A DNA stretch of 64,000 bases from a virus (lineage: Duplodnaviria > Caudoviricetes): positions 22,584-86,583 of the IMG/VR virus record IMGVR_UViG_2862784999_000001. One strand, given 5' to 3'. How positions within the stretch are numbered: position 1 is the first letter of the stretch; the number at the start of each line of letters is the position of its first letter. This document shows positions 8,379 to 17,501 of this stretch, piece by piece. The position numbers and the translations under genes are program-made. The notes below the pieces were generated by a model. That model was not told the DNA's origin. It ran no database searches and was given only the letters and a program-made list of their open reading frames with translations.

Positions 8379-10006
8379 CGCAACACCACCACCCGTCCCG
8401 ACTTGCCGGTCTTCTTCTTGCCGAGCCCCTTGGCCATGGCGTCTACTCGGGCTTGCCATGCGAGGACAGCAGCAATGGCGGCGTCGATCTTCTTCGGACT
8501 GTCGGGGTGCTCTTTCATGATCTGGATACCGCTGCGCGACTCCCGCCGGCGAGAGTTCAGGATGTGCCTCGTCAGCACGCTCGACCCGTCGTGTGAAAGC
8601 TCCCCGTCGACGACGCTCGACCGGAACTTCTCCAGCGCGCGCACGATCTGATTGGAACGACCTCCGGTCATCCACCACTCGATCGGATGCTGAGTCGACG
8701 ACTTGAGCTTCAGTCGGCGCCCGTGATCCGCCTCCCACTTCGCCACATGCGACTCCCACCTGGCCGGGTCCGCATACATGCCGACGACCTTGTACTCGCG
8801 GAACGCGTCCTCGACGGCTGCCAGCACCTCGACAGTGGGGACCTGCCAGTCCTGGCCAAAAGGCCCGTCAGGCTGCTCCCAGCAGCCGAGAAGGAAGAGA
8901 TGACCGTCGGACACCCGGCAGCCGACCAAGGCGGTGGCGTCCGTGACGCCGCGGTTTCGTCGCCGCGAACCGTCGAAACCAAGGACAATCTCCTCGCCGC
9001 GACCGACGACCTTGTCGGCGGCGGCTACGCCAGCCCACTCGGGCTGCGAGATCCACGAGTCGGATGCGTGAGTGATCTGATTGAGGAAGTCGGCGCGGGC
9101 CGTCTGCGGGTCTGTACTCGGATCCCAGATCGTGGCAACGATCGTGTCCAGGTCGACGTGCCCGCCGTTACGGTCGGCCGAGTCGCCGTAGGTGTACGCC
9201 AAGCCAGCCGTAAGCGACTGGCGGTCCGTCATGTCGGTCTCAGGCGGGGCCTCGCGATGGTCGTAGTACAGCCCGTCATCCCGAGCCCGGCCCTCCCGGA
9301 TCTTGGCCCAGAACGCCGCCGACTCCTCTGCTACCGATCCCTCTCCGGGAGTGAAGGCGTTTGGGGACTCGATGGTCGTACCGCCGACCTTCGCGGCGTT
9401 GATACGCATCGTCTCCGCTAGCCGGTTGCCGCGGTTCGAACGCACCCACTCCTCGGTCTGGTCCAGCACAGCGAAGACCGGCTTGTTGCCCTTCACTGTT
9501 CGAGCCGACGACGTGATCGGCTCGATCCTCCCCCGTGGCAGATTGACGAAAGTGTCCAGCGGCTCCAGGCCCGGATACTCGTCGATGACCGGCCCCTGCA
9601 GCATCTCCAGCAGCGGCGCCCACGTGTTCTTCGTCTGGGTCTCTGACACCGCGGCGATCTGCACCAGTGGTGTGCGCACCTCAGACCACGGCTTGCCGAC
9701 AGGCTGTCCATCAGCGTCCCAGCCATCTGGGACCACCGGGCCGAGAGCCTCAACGATCGCCAGTGCTGCGAGGAAGGGGCTCTTCCCCCACCCGCGCGGG
9801 CGACTGATGACCCCTCGCCGGAAGCGTCGCTTTCCGGTACGTGGGTCGATCTCGTAGTAGCGGAGGACAAAATCCTCCTGCTCCGGATACAGCAGGAACG
9901 GCTCGTAGTCGCCTCGGTCCGGAGCTGCCAGCATCTCCGAGATCCAGTCGATGACCTCGAATCCGAGGGTCGGGACGGCTCCGGGCTCCGACGGCTTCCA
10001 CGGCAT
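8375..10006 (-). CDS. terminase large subunit
   Basis: ATG at 10006; RPRGWGKSP Walker A, LGFDGS nuclease motif, KIDAAIAAVLA. Confidence 0.93.
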   Translation of the reverse strand: MPWKPSEPGAVPTLGFEVIDWISEMLAAPDRGDYEPFLLYPEQEDFVLRYYEIDPRTGKRRFRRGVISRPRGWGKSPFLAALAIVEALGPVVPDGWDADGQPVGKPWSEVRTPLVQIAAVSETQTKNTWAPLLEMLQGPVIDEYPGLEPLDTFVNLPRGRIEPITSSARTVKGNKPVFAVLDQTEEWVRSNRGNRLAETMRINAAKVGGTTIESPNAFTPGEGSVAEESAAFWAKIREGRARDDGLYYDHREAPPETDMTDRQSLTAGLAYTYGDSADRNGGHVDLDTIVATIWDPSTDPQTARADFLNQITHASDSWISQPEWAGVAAADKVVGRGEEIVLGFDGSRRRNRGVTDATALVGCRVSDGHLFLLGCWEQPDGPFGQDWQVPTVEVLAAVEDAFREYKVVGMYADPARWESHVAKWEADHGRRLKLKSSTQHPIEWWMTGGRSNQIVRALEKFRSSVVDGELSHDGSSVLTRHILNSRRRESRSGIQIMKEHPDSPKKIDAAIAAVLAWQARVDAMAKGLGKKKTGKSGRVVVLR

Positions 10007-10007
10007 G

Positions 10008-10487
10008 TCAGCTCCCCGTCGACTCCTCCGGTGGCGGAAGCGCACGAAGAACACCGCGGCGCTCCCTAGCCGACCGGCCACCCTCGGGCCTCTTGCTATC
10101 GGCTTCGTCGGCCTGCGCGAACTGCATCCGCAGTCGCGCCCTGTCCTCCGGAGTCGCGCCGAACTTCGCCACCCGCAGTCGCAGCTCCCCGGCCGCCGAC
10201 ATCTCCCCCGACCACAGCCGGGCATGCACGACAGCCGTGTCCAGGAGGAAGTCCCAGTCGGTCGACGAGAAGTGCTCCGCCTGGGGCGACGCCTTCCACA
10301 TCTCCCACCAGTCCAGCGTCCTCGCCGGCCACGCGTACTCGACCAGATCGCCGTCCTTCATCACCGACAGGGTCGGGAGTTCGGGCGGCTCGGCCTGCTC
10401 GAAGCGCAGGATCGTCTGAGCGTGCGGGTCCTTGCTATGCCCAGCTCGCCGCCTCGGGTCCTTCGGCGCGGGTCCGCGGCCAGCCAT
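10008..10487 (-). CDS. terminase small subunit
   Basis: MAGRGPAPK...ELRLRVAKFGATPEDRARLR, typical actinophage TerS; upstream of TerL. Confidence 0.88.
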   Translation of the reverse strand: MAGRGPAPKDPRRRAGHSKDPHAQTILRFEQAEPPELPTLSVMKDGDLVEYAWPARTLDWWEMWKASPQAEHFSSTDWDFLLDTAVVHARLWSGEMSAAGELRLRVAKFGATPEDRARLRMQFAQADEADSKRPEGGRSARERRGVLRALPPPEESTGS

Positions 10488-10499
10488 GAGGCTCACCTC

Positions 10500-10800
10500 C
10501 GCCCGTCTGATCTCAAGATCCAAATTCCCCAGACCCAGGGCCGACCTCAGCGCGTATACGGCCCCGATCCCTGAAGATCGCGGGGAGGGGGCATGCCCCC
10601 GGGTGGATCATGGTGGAGCCGGCCGATCAGGATCCCTAGTTCGATCATGGAATTTCAGGCCTTGCCGATCTTGCTCATCTCGATCATGTTCGTGTGTTCG
10701 AACTCGCTTCGTTCGACTGATCGTTCGATCGAGCCTTCGCTCACTCGACCTTGATCCCGAACGTGCGATCGAGTCATGCCTCACCGCGACCACGACCTCA
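10500..10800. other. probable packaging (cos) region
   Basis: Non-coding, lower-GC stretch just upstream of terS, with GGGGAGGGGGCATGCCCCCGGG (about 10582-10603) and about 14 GATC sites. Confidence 0.55.
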
Positions 10801-10843
10801 GGCCTGCCCGACCACGACCCCTAGGCCGGCGCCGCCCTGCCCC

Positions 10844-12046
10844 TCACCCGTACCGGTAGGCGGTGACGTCGAGGGTCTGGCCTGCCGCGACGAGGAGCCC
10901 TGCGGTGACGGTGACCGTGAGGCCGGCTGCCGTCTGGGTCCCTGCCTTAACGGTTGCTGTGGCCTTGCCGATCAGCCCTGAAGTCTGCGCGATGTCCACG
11001 CTGTACGTGCTGCTCGGCATGGGCATGGACCACGTGATGACCTGGTCGTAGCTGGCACCGAGCGCGATGAGAGGCAGCGTCGGAACGGCTCGCCTGATCG
11101 CAACGGTCTTGGCCTTGAGCGCTGCGACGTCTGTCTCCAGTGCTGTTGCCCTGCTGGCAACGGCTGCTGCTGCAGTGTTCGCCTGGTCGGCTTTGGTGCC
11201 GGCGGTTGAGGCTGCCGCCTGTGCTGCGGTTGCTGCGGCTTGGGCTGTCCCCGCTGCCGTGGCCGCACTGTCGGCCGTGGTCTTGGCGCTGGCAGCCGTG
11301 GTGTTGGCTGCGGTGGCTTTCGTGGCGGCGTCTTGTGCCGTGGTCTGCGCCGAGGTGGCCGCGTTCTGTGCAGAGCTCGCCGCGTTCTTCGCGGTGGCGG
11401 CGTCCGAAGTGGCTTGTCCGGCGGCCGTCTTGGCCGCCGCTGCGTCCTTGCTTGCCAAGTTGGCGGTCGACTGGGCGGTATCCGCCGCAGTCTTGGCGTC
11501 CCGCGCGTCGGTCTGGGCCGTGCTCGCTGTGGCCTTCGCCTGACTGGCGTCGGCCTTGGCGGCCGTGCTCGCGGTCTGCGCTTGGTCGGACTGCGCGAGG
11601 GCCTGTGCGGATGCGTTGCTCGCCGCGGTCGCCGTGGTGCTGGCCTGCTGGGCAAGGACTGTCGAATCCTGGGCGACACCGATTGCGGTGCTGGCCTTGT
11701 CGTAGGCGCCCTGGGCCTGGACACCTGCGGAGTCCGCGTCGGCTTGTGCTTCAGCGATGAGCGGCCGGAGGGCCGCGGTCGCCTCCTCGGCTTGGTCGAT
11801 GAGGCCTTGGAGGCGGGCGTGTTCGATGCCGGCGTTCTGCTGGATGGGGGCGAGTTGGGCTGCGATGTCGCCGAGGGTGGCCATGCGCGTGGCTATCTCT
11901 GCGGCGAGCGCGTCCTGATCGGCCTTCTGTGCGGCGAGCCGCTCCGCGACCTCGGCGTTGTCGGCGAGTGCCGCGTTGGCGACGGTATCGACCATCGCTT
12001 TGGTGGCGGCGTCGGGCACCTTGGGGCTGTAGCTGGTGCGCCTCAT
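10844..12046 (-). CDS. Ala/Thr-rich coiled-coil fibre protein with small C-terminal beta domain
   Basis: ATG at 12046 overlapping the upstream stop; long heptad AxxAAxx repeats followed by an about 75-aa beta-rich head. Confidence 0.7.
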   Translation of the reverse strand: MRRTSYSPKVPDAATKAMVDTVANAALADNAEVAERLAAQKADQDALAAEIATRMATLGDIAAQLAPIQQNAGIEHARLQGLIDQAEEATAALRPLIAEAQADADSAGVQAQGAYDKASTAIGVAQDSTVLAQQASTTATAASNASAQALAQSDQAQTASTAAKADASQAKATASTAQTDARDAKTAADTAQSTANLASKDAAAAKTAAGQATSDAATAKNAASSAQNAATSAQTTAQDAATKATAANTTAASAKTTADSAATAAGTAQAAATAAQAAASTAGTKADQANTAAAAVASRATALETDVAALKAKTVAIRRAVPTLPLIALGASYDQVITWSMPMPSSTYSVDIAQTSGLIGKATATVKAGTQTAAGLTVTVTAGLLVAAGQTLDVTAYRYG

Positions 12047-12342
12047 GCCCGGGTCACCGACACCTTCGGCGTCCCGGCCGAGATCAGTTTGACGACGGTC
12101 GGGCCTGCGGTGGGCGGCTCGACTTGCGCGGAGCTGATGGCGGCGGGGAGGACGCGGGAGGCGCGGCCTTCGACGGCGGGGTCGCTGCCGTCGACGGTGA
12201 AGTAGATGGGCGCGGCGCCGTCGTGGGAGAGGACTTCGATCTCGTCGACGTCGTCGGGGAAGTGGATGGTGGTGACGGTGCCGGCGTCGAGGGTGACGCC
12301 GTGAACGCCCCACTCGTCGGCTTGGACGGTGTAGCTAGCCAC
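12043..12342 (-). CDS. small beta-rich hypothetical protein (possible fibre anchor)
   Basis: GTG after GGAGG; translationally coupled to the fibre gene; IYFTVDGSDP motif. Confidence 0.65.
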   Translation of the reverse strand: MASYTVQADEWGVHGVTLDAGTVTTIHFPDDVDEIEVLSHDGAAPIYFTVDGSDPAVEGRASRVLPAAISSAQVEPPTAGPTVVKLISAGTPKVSVTRA

Positions 12343-12586
12343 GGCGTCCTCCGCGCATTGCCTTGGCGTGGGCGCTGGTGGTCATGCCGGTGGCGGCCAT
12401 GTGCCGGAGCTGGCAGTAGCCCTTGGCGCGGGCGCCCATGTACTTGGAGAGCAGACGGTTACAGCGGGACCAGTCTCCGGGTGTGCCCCAGCGGATCTTG
12501 GCTGCGCCTTCGCCGCGGGTCCAGTAGTTGCGGAGGGTTTGGGCGTTGCCGCGGTTCTTGCGGCTTCCTCGACCCTTGCTGGCCAC
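12335..12586 (-). CDS. small basic Cys/His protein (YW..GEGAAKIRWGTPGD family)
   Basis: 83-aa ORF coupled to neighbours; C/C/H residues. Confidence 0.7.
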   Translation of the reverse strand: MASKGRGSRKNRGNAQTLRNYWTRGEGAAKIRWGTPGDWSRCNRLLSKYMGARAKGYCQLRHMAATGMTTSAHAKAMRGGRRG

Positions 12587-12592
12587 AGATCA

Positions 12593-12811
12593 TCACTCCT
12601 TCTGCGGCGCGGGCTCCTGGTGTGCGGGTTCCTGTTCTTCGTCTACCCGTTGGATCTGGGCGCCCAGTCCTGCGGGGATGGCGAGGCAGATGCCGTCGGT
12701 GTCTTTGAAGACGGCCCATCCGTCGGTGATGACGAGGTGGAGGTGGGGGTCTTCGATGAGGACGTCTTCGCGTTTCTGGTCGCGCGGGTGGACGATCAGG
12801 TAGGCGGGCAC
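12593..12811 (-). CDS. hypothetical protein
   Basis: 72-aa ORF packed in the operon. Confidence 0.6.
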   Translation of the reverse strand: MPAYLIVHPRDQKREDVLIEDPHLHLVITDGWAVFKDTDGICLAIPAGLGAQIQRVDEEQEPAHQEPAPQKE

Positions 12812-13002
12812 GCGGTCTCGCCTTCGTATTCGACCTCGATCTGGTGTGGATCGCTGGCTCGCGCGGGCAGGGTCACGGTCACCTTGGCGTTCTCGGGCAG
12901 CATGAAGCCTGCTCGTTCAGCGAGGACGCCCGCGTAGTACGCGAGCTCATCGACGTTCGGGGCCTCGTCTTCGAGGTGGAGTGAGAAGCGGATGCTGGAC
13001 AT
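12796..13002 (-). CDS. hypothetical protein
   Basis: ATG at 13002 after AAGGACCCGCGCC (MSSIRFSLHLEDE...). Confidence 0.55.
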   Translation of the reverse strand: MSSIRFSLHLEDEAPNVDELAYYAGVLAERAGFMLPENAKVTVTLPARASDPHQIEVEYEGETACPPT

Positions 13003-13013
13003 GGCGCGGGTCC

Positions 13014-13301
13014 TTAGAGGAGTCCGGGGTGCTGCTCGGCCGGCCGTGTCCGTCCGGGTCGTGGGTTGGCGCGCTGGGCGTCGTTCCCTTCCCGGCTGCT
13101 CTTCTGTGCGTGGCATTCGGCGCAGACGCCTTGGAGCTGCTTGTGGTCGTCGGTCTTGGCCTTGATGTGGTCGCAGTGCGTCGAGGGCCGAACGCCGCAT
13201 AGAACGCAGGTCGGATTCTTGGCCAGCGTCTCGGCGCGAAGGCGGGCCCAGTTACTGGGCAGCCGGCTCTTACGGTCCGAGTTCTTCCAGCCGCCGCTCA
13301 T
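13014..13301 (-). CDS. HNH endonuclease (packaging-associated, HK97 gp74-like)
   Basis: CVLC...DHI...LQGVCAECHAQKS; RLPSNW N-terminus and EQHPG C-terminus. Confidence 0.88.
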   Translation of the reverse strand: MSGGWKNSDRKSRLPSNWARLRAETLAKNPTCVLCGVRPSTHCDHIKAKTDDHKQLQGVCAECHAQKSSREGNDAQRANPRPGRTRPAEQHPGLL

Positions 13302-13303
13302 CG

Positions 13304-13504
13304 CTACTCCTCGGGGCTGCGTTCGGTGTCACTGCCGAGTGCCCAGTTGGCGAAGCCGGTGCGTTGCCCGGTGGGGCTGCTGGCGACGACAACGCCGTAC
13401 AGGCGGATGGCGGCTGCTTCGGCTTCGTCGAGTGCGCTGTCGCCTTGGGCTTCGACGGTGATCTCGCGGACGCCGTCGGACAGTTTGACGGTGACGTCAG
13501 GCAT
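13304..13504 (-). CDS. hypothetical protein
   Basis: 66-aa coupled ORF. Confidence 0.6.
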   Translation of the reverse strand: MPDVTVKLSDGVREITVEAQGDSALDEAEAAAIRLYGVVVASSPTGQRTGFANWALGSDTERSPEE

Positions 13505-14225
13505 CGGTCGGCTTGGCGCGGAGATTGGCCACTTCAGCTTTCAACTCGGCGAGCTGGGCTACATGGTTGTCCCTGAGGCATTCGCTTGATCGTTTCATGC
13601 CTGCGAGGGTCTGCGCCGCCATGCTGAGGCGCTTCTCTGGTGTGACCTGGTTCCATCGCGCGATGAACTGTCCGGGGGTGGGTGCGACGTCGGGACTCCA
13701 GCCGGGTTCTTCGCCTGTACGAAGCCGCTCCAGTTCCTCTGCCTGCATGTTGCGTTCCTTGCGGATTGCGGCAGCGGCGTTGCGGATGTCGTCCCAGTCG
13801 CGGAGCGGGTCCATACCGAGCGCGTCGGTGAGCTCGCGTTTCCACTTGGCGAGCCGGTCCATGTCGCGGGCGATGTCGGTGCGCTCGTTGGCGGCCTCGA
13901 CGGCGCGGGCGCGCAGTTCGTCGGCCTGTGTCCAGTTGACGGGCTTGCCAGCGATGGTCATCTCGTAGCGGGCATCCCCTGGCAGGTCGCCGCGTGCCGG
14001 GTCGAGGTACGCACTGGTGTCGTTGGCGGGGATCTCGACAGTCTCGGGCGTGACGATGACAGCTCGTGCCCCGATCTGCTGGGCGATGTCCCGCCAGTAG
14101 TCGCGGTACGGCACGTCCGGTCCGATGGCGACACGCTGCGGGACAGACTCGTCGACGACGAGCACGAACGGTGCCCGCTCATCGTTGGCGCCTTCGGGGA
14201 GTTCGAGGATCTGCAGGCGGGCCAT
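13497..14225 (-). CDS. hypothetical protein (coiled coil)
   Basis: 242-aa ORF, GGAGG RBS, coupled to neighbours. Confidence 0.7.
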   Translation of the reverse strand: MARLQILELPEGANDERAPFVLVVDESVPQRVAIGPDVPYRDYWRDIAQQIGARAVIVTPETVEIPANDTSAYLDPARGDLPGDARYEMTIAGKPVNWTQADELRARAVEAANERTDIARDMDRLAKWKRELTDALGMDPLRDWDDIRNAAAAIRKERNMQAEELERLRTGEEPGWSPDVAPTPGQFIARWNQVTPEKRLSMAAQTLAGMKRSSECLRDNHVAQLAELKAEVANLRAKPTDA

Positions 14226-14440
14226 CAGACGTCACCTCCGTCTACCGGAGGGAGGGCGGCGTTTTCGATGAGGTAGTTGCCAGCCTCAACGAGGAATTCA
14301 CCGAGGGCTCGGTATACGTCTTCGGCATGGAGGGTAGTGCCACGGAGCGCAACGGAGAGGGTGCCGATGCGCCCGCCGATGGGGACGGCTCCGGGCAGGC
14401 AGGTTGTGACGTCTACGGGTGCTTCGATTTCTGCAGCCAT
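14225..14440 (-). CDS. hypothetical protein
   Basis: 71 aa; AGGAGCCCGCGCC-ATG start. Confidence 0.55.
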   Translation of the reverse strand: MAAEIEAPVDVTTCLPGAVPIGGRIGTLSVALRGTTLHAEDVYRALGEFLVEAGNYLIENAALPPVDGGDV

Positions 14441-14456
14441 GGCGCGGGCTCCTGGG

Positions 14457-14702
14457 TCAGAGGTCGTCTTCGGCGGCGATGACGATGCGGCGGGCGAACA
14501 GGGTCAGCGTGACCGTGACCGCTTCGTCCTCACTGATGTCGTGCACGCGGATCTTCGTGCCAGCCGGCATTGGGATCTCCACGCCGTTGATGCGCACTGC
14601 GCTCGGCACGAGGATTGGAGCGGCGCCTTCATGCCGGTCGATGATCTCGATGTCGGCGCCGCGTCGCTGGGGCGCCTCGTCCTTGCTGGTGTCGATGGCC
14701 AT
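14457..14702 (-). CDS. hypothetical protein
   Basis: 81 aa; GGAGCCCGCGCC-ATG start. Confidence 0.65.
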   Translation of the reverse strand: MAIDTSKDEAPQRRGADIEIIDRHEGAAPILVPSAVRINGVEIPMPAGTKIRVHDISEDEAVTVTLTLFARRIVIAAEDDL

Positions 14703-14720
14703 GGCGCGGGCTCCGTGGGG

Positions 14721-15104
14721 TCAGTGCGGGTCGATGGGCACGGTGACGAGTCGTAGCGGGTGGTCGCGCTCGTCGAGTGCCTGGAGTGTGAAGGTGAGCA
14801 GTGCGCGGAGCAGGGCTCGTTCCCGTGCGCTGCCGGGGAGCCCGCCGACCTGGTCGACGACGCCGATCGTCTGCCCGTCGGAGTGGCCGTAGACGAGGCT
14901 GACGGGGTTCGGCGCGTAGAGCTTGGCGTACTCCTGCGCGTACTCGTTGAGAGTGCGCATGAGGTCTTCGCCGTCGATGGCGTGGCAGAGGGAGCAGATC
15001 CGGACTGAGGCCGACGCGTGCGCGGGCTTGTTGTAGGACCAGGAGTGCTCGCAGAGACTCTGGGCGCTCATCGCCTGGTGTTCGGGCATGTCAGGGGAAG
15101 CCAT
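14721..15104 (-). CDS. hypothetical protein
   Basis: 127 aa, CEH...CSLC motif; GGAAGGCCCGCGCCC-ATG start. Confidence 0.6.
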   Translation of the reverse strand: MASPDMPEHQAMSAQSLCEHSWSYNKPAHASASVRICSLCHAIDGEDLMRTLNEYAQEYAKLYAPNPVSLVYGHSDGQTIGVVDQVGGLPGSARERALLRALLTFTLQALDERDHPLRLVTVPIDPH

Positions 15105-15125
15105 GGGCGCGGGCCTTCCGTGGGG

Positions 15126-15320
15126 TTACTCGGCGGCTTCACGGCCGTCGAGGCTGTGGTGGGTGTAGACCCAGCCGTCGGATCCGTCACCCATCGGGCT
15201 GGGGCTGGGCGTGGGTCCGCACGGGCAGAGGTCGGTGAGGTCGCGGACGAGCAGGTCGTCGAGCGGGGCGACGTGGACTTCGTTGCCGCCGGTCTGCTTG
15301 GCCAGCCACTGCCCGCTCAT
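15126..15320 (-). CDS. small Cys/His protein (CPCGP...HHSLDGRE)
   Basis: ATG at 15320 overlapping the epimerase stop. Confidence 0.6.
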   Translation of the reverse strand: MSGQWLAKQTGGNEVHVAPLDDLLVRDLTDLCPCGPTPSPSPMGDGSDGWVYTHHSLDGREAAE

Positions 15321-16183
15321 GCGGCGAGCGCCCGCGCGATGCCTTCTTCGAGGCTGACGCGAGGCTGGTACACGTCGAGCATCCGCTTCGGGTCGCACAC
15401 GCGGTGGTGGACGCCTTGGGGTGCGGTGGCGAGGTGCTTCAACTCGGGCTGGTAGCCGGCTGCGATAGTGACGAGGCCGGCGAGTTCGTCGAAGCTGGTC
15501 GCCCTGCCCCAGCCGATGTTCATCGGCCCGGTGGCGTCCTGGTCGACGGCTGCGAGGGTGGCGCCGACGAGATCCGAGATGTGCACCCAGTCGCGCGTGC
15601 TACTGCCGTCGCCCCAGATCTCGAACGGATCCTGCCGCTCGCGGGCCCGGCGGATGAACGCGGGGAACGGGTAGCAGTCGTCTTGATCTTCGCCGTAGCC
15701 GGAGAACGGCCGCAACGAGTGGACGCGGCAGCCTTCGGCTTCGGCGTACTGGGCGAGCTGCTCCCCCGCGAGCTTGGCGAGCCCGTAGGTCGCGTCGGGT
15801 CGTCCGGGCTGCTCGTAGTTGATGTCCGTCTCGACGAGCCGGTGGATCTCGCCGGGCTGCTGAAGCGCGACCGGGTAGGCGGCTGAGCTGGAGAAGTAGA
15901 CGGCGCGCGGGGTGCCGGTGCGGATCAGCCACCGGAAGTACCAGGCGTCCAGCGCTAGATTGGTGGCGACCCCGAGCGGCGATCCGTCGATGCTGGCCCG
16001 GCCGCCGACGACTGCCGCGCAGTGAATGGCGAGGTCGTAGGGCCGCTGGTCGAAGCGGTACAGATCGAGTGCGTCGCGGCCGTCGATGAGGTCGACGCCG
16101 GTGACATCGTCGCCTCGCTCGTCGAGTGCGGCGTGCAGGTGGCGGCCGACGAAGCCCCGGTGGCCGGTGAGGAGAACGCGCAT
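15317..16183 (-). CDS. NAD-dependent NDP-sugar epimerase/dehydratase (extended SDR)
   Basis: TGHRGFVG Rossmann motif, HCAA, SSSAAY, YGLAK (YxxxK), RPFSGYG, GDGSSTRDWVHI. Confidence 0.92.
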   Translation of the reverse strand: MRVLLTGHRGFVGRHLHAALDERGDDVTGVDLIDGRDALDLYRFDQRPYDLAIHCAAVVGGRASIDGSPLGVATNLALDAWYFRWLIRTGTPRAVYFSSSAAYPVALQQPGEIHRLVETDINYEQPGRPDATYGLAKLAGEQLAQYAEAEGCRVHSLRPFSGYGEDQDDCYPFPAFIRRARERQDPFEIWGDGSSTRDWVHISDLVGATLAAVDQDATGPMNIGWGRATSFDELAGLVTIAAGYQPELKHLATAPQGVHHRVCDPKRMLDVYQPRVSLEEGIARALAA

Positions 16184-16782
16184 CAGCCGGCTGCCTTGAC
16201 GGCCCGGTAGACGCCCCAAGGCAGGTGGCTGTCGATGGGCTCCAGTCCGATCCGCGCGCACGCCTCGTCCTGCTGTTCCTTGGACCAGGTGGTGACGCCG
16301 ATCCAGCTGTCGGCTTCGGCGGGCTGGTCGCTGAGTGGCCAGTCGAGGACGAGGATCCCGCCGAGTTTCGTCGCGGCCCGCAGCTTGGCGACGATGTTGA
16401 GGCAGTCGCTGTAGCTGTGGTGGATGAGGACGGCGAGGCTGTAGACGGCGTCCATTCGGCGGCGGCCGAGGTGCTTGGCGATGCCGTCGGCGTCTGCGAG
16501 GACGGCGTCAGCGTCGGGGAGGCGTTCGGCGAGCCGTTCGAGCATGCGTGGCGAGGAGTCGACGGCGGTCACCTCGTAGCCGAGGACGGTCATGGGGATG
16601 GCGACGCGGCCGTCACCGCAGCCGAAGTCGAGCACCTTCGCCCCGTCGGGGATGACGGTGGCGAGCATCTCCGCCTGGTCCTGCCCGGACTCCCAGTACG
16701 CGTCTTCGGACACGCGGCGGAGCGGGTGAATCGCTTCGGGGTCGGCCTGATCCCAGGCCTGGATGACAGCTTCGGCGGTCAC
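16183..16782 (-). CDS. class I SAM-dependent methyltransferase
   Basis: VLDFGCGDGR motif I, AVDSS motif II, AVLIH; coupled between GT2 and epimerase. Confidence 0.9.
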   Translation of the reverse strand: MTAEAVIQAWDQADPEAIHPLRRVSEDAYWESGQDQAEMLATVIPDGAKVLDFGCGDGRVAIPMTVLGYEVTAVDSSPRMLERLAERLPDADAVLADADGIAKHLGRRRMDAVYSLAVLIHHSYSDCLNIVAKLRAATKLGGILVLDWPLSDQPAEADSWIGVTTWSKEQQDEACARIGLEPIDSHLPWGVYRAVKAAG

Positions 16783-17489
16783 GCTGCCTCCTCGACGAGC
16801 TTCCGCAGCTTGACGAGGTCGGCTTCGAGCCCGCCGTTGTCGCGGTAGTCGATGTAGGCGGCGCCGTCAGCCTGGGAGCGTTCCGGGCTGTTGCAGTCCT
16901 CGTAGACGGCGTCGAGGCTGGCCTTCCCGGCGGCCGGGTGCAGGTGCTCGATGACCATGTCGTCGAGGTAGGTGATCCGTCCCATGCCCTTCCCCCAGTC
17001 GAGCCAGACGAGGTCGAGGCAGAGGTGGACGAGCTGTGGCGGCGCCATGTAGTCCAGCGTCGTGACGATGTCGGAGGTCATTGCGACGGCGGTGGCCATG
17101 GCTTGGCCTTGGAGCAGGTCGTTGCCGTAGACGATGCCGGGGCCGCCGGACAGGCACTCCCGGATCCGGGCGTCCCACGCCATCGTTGCGGCCCGGGGCC
17201 GGTGGTCGTCGCCCATGAAGGCGAGGTACCGGTAGTTGGGGGCGTTCTTCACCGCGGCCTGGTTGAGGGTGCCGCACAGCCGCTTCCGCGCCCAGAACAC
17301 AAACCGCACCCGCTGGTCGTCGGCGAGATCCTTCGCCAGCGCCTTGTACGCGGCAAGCTCCGGATCGTCCTTGTCGACACAGAACAGCAGGTCGGCGGTC
17401 GCCCCGGTGTCGTCCCACGCCTGCACGATCTCGGGCACGGCCTGGGGTCGGCCGCGGGTGGGGATGATGACGAGCAGGTCGTCGGCCAT
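16779..17489 (-). CDS. glycosyltransferase, GT-A fold (family 2-like)
   Basis: VIIPTRGRP, FMGDDH (DxD-like), IEHLHP motifs. Confidence 0.85.
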   Translation of the reverse strand: MADDLLVIIPTRGRPQAVPEIVQAWDDTGATADLLFCVDKDDPELAAYKALAKDLADDQRVRFVFWARKRLCGTLNQAAVKNAPNYRYLAFMGDDHRPRAATMAWDARIRECLSGGPGIVYGNDLLQGQAMATAVAMTSDIVTTLDYMAPPQLVHLCLDLVWLDWGKGMGRITYLDDMVIEHLHPAAGKASLDAVYEDCNSPERSQADGAAYIDYRDNGGLEADLVKLRKLVEEAA

Positions 17490-17501
17490 GGCGCGGGCTC
17501 C

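Noticed and set aside
10608-10793. 61-aa ORF in the packaging region
   Set aside because: No RBS, atypical composition; better explained as non-coding cos-associated DNA.
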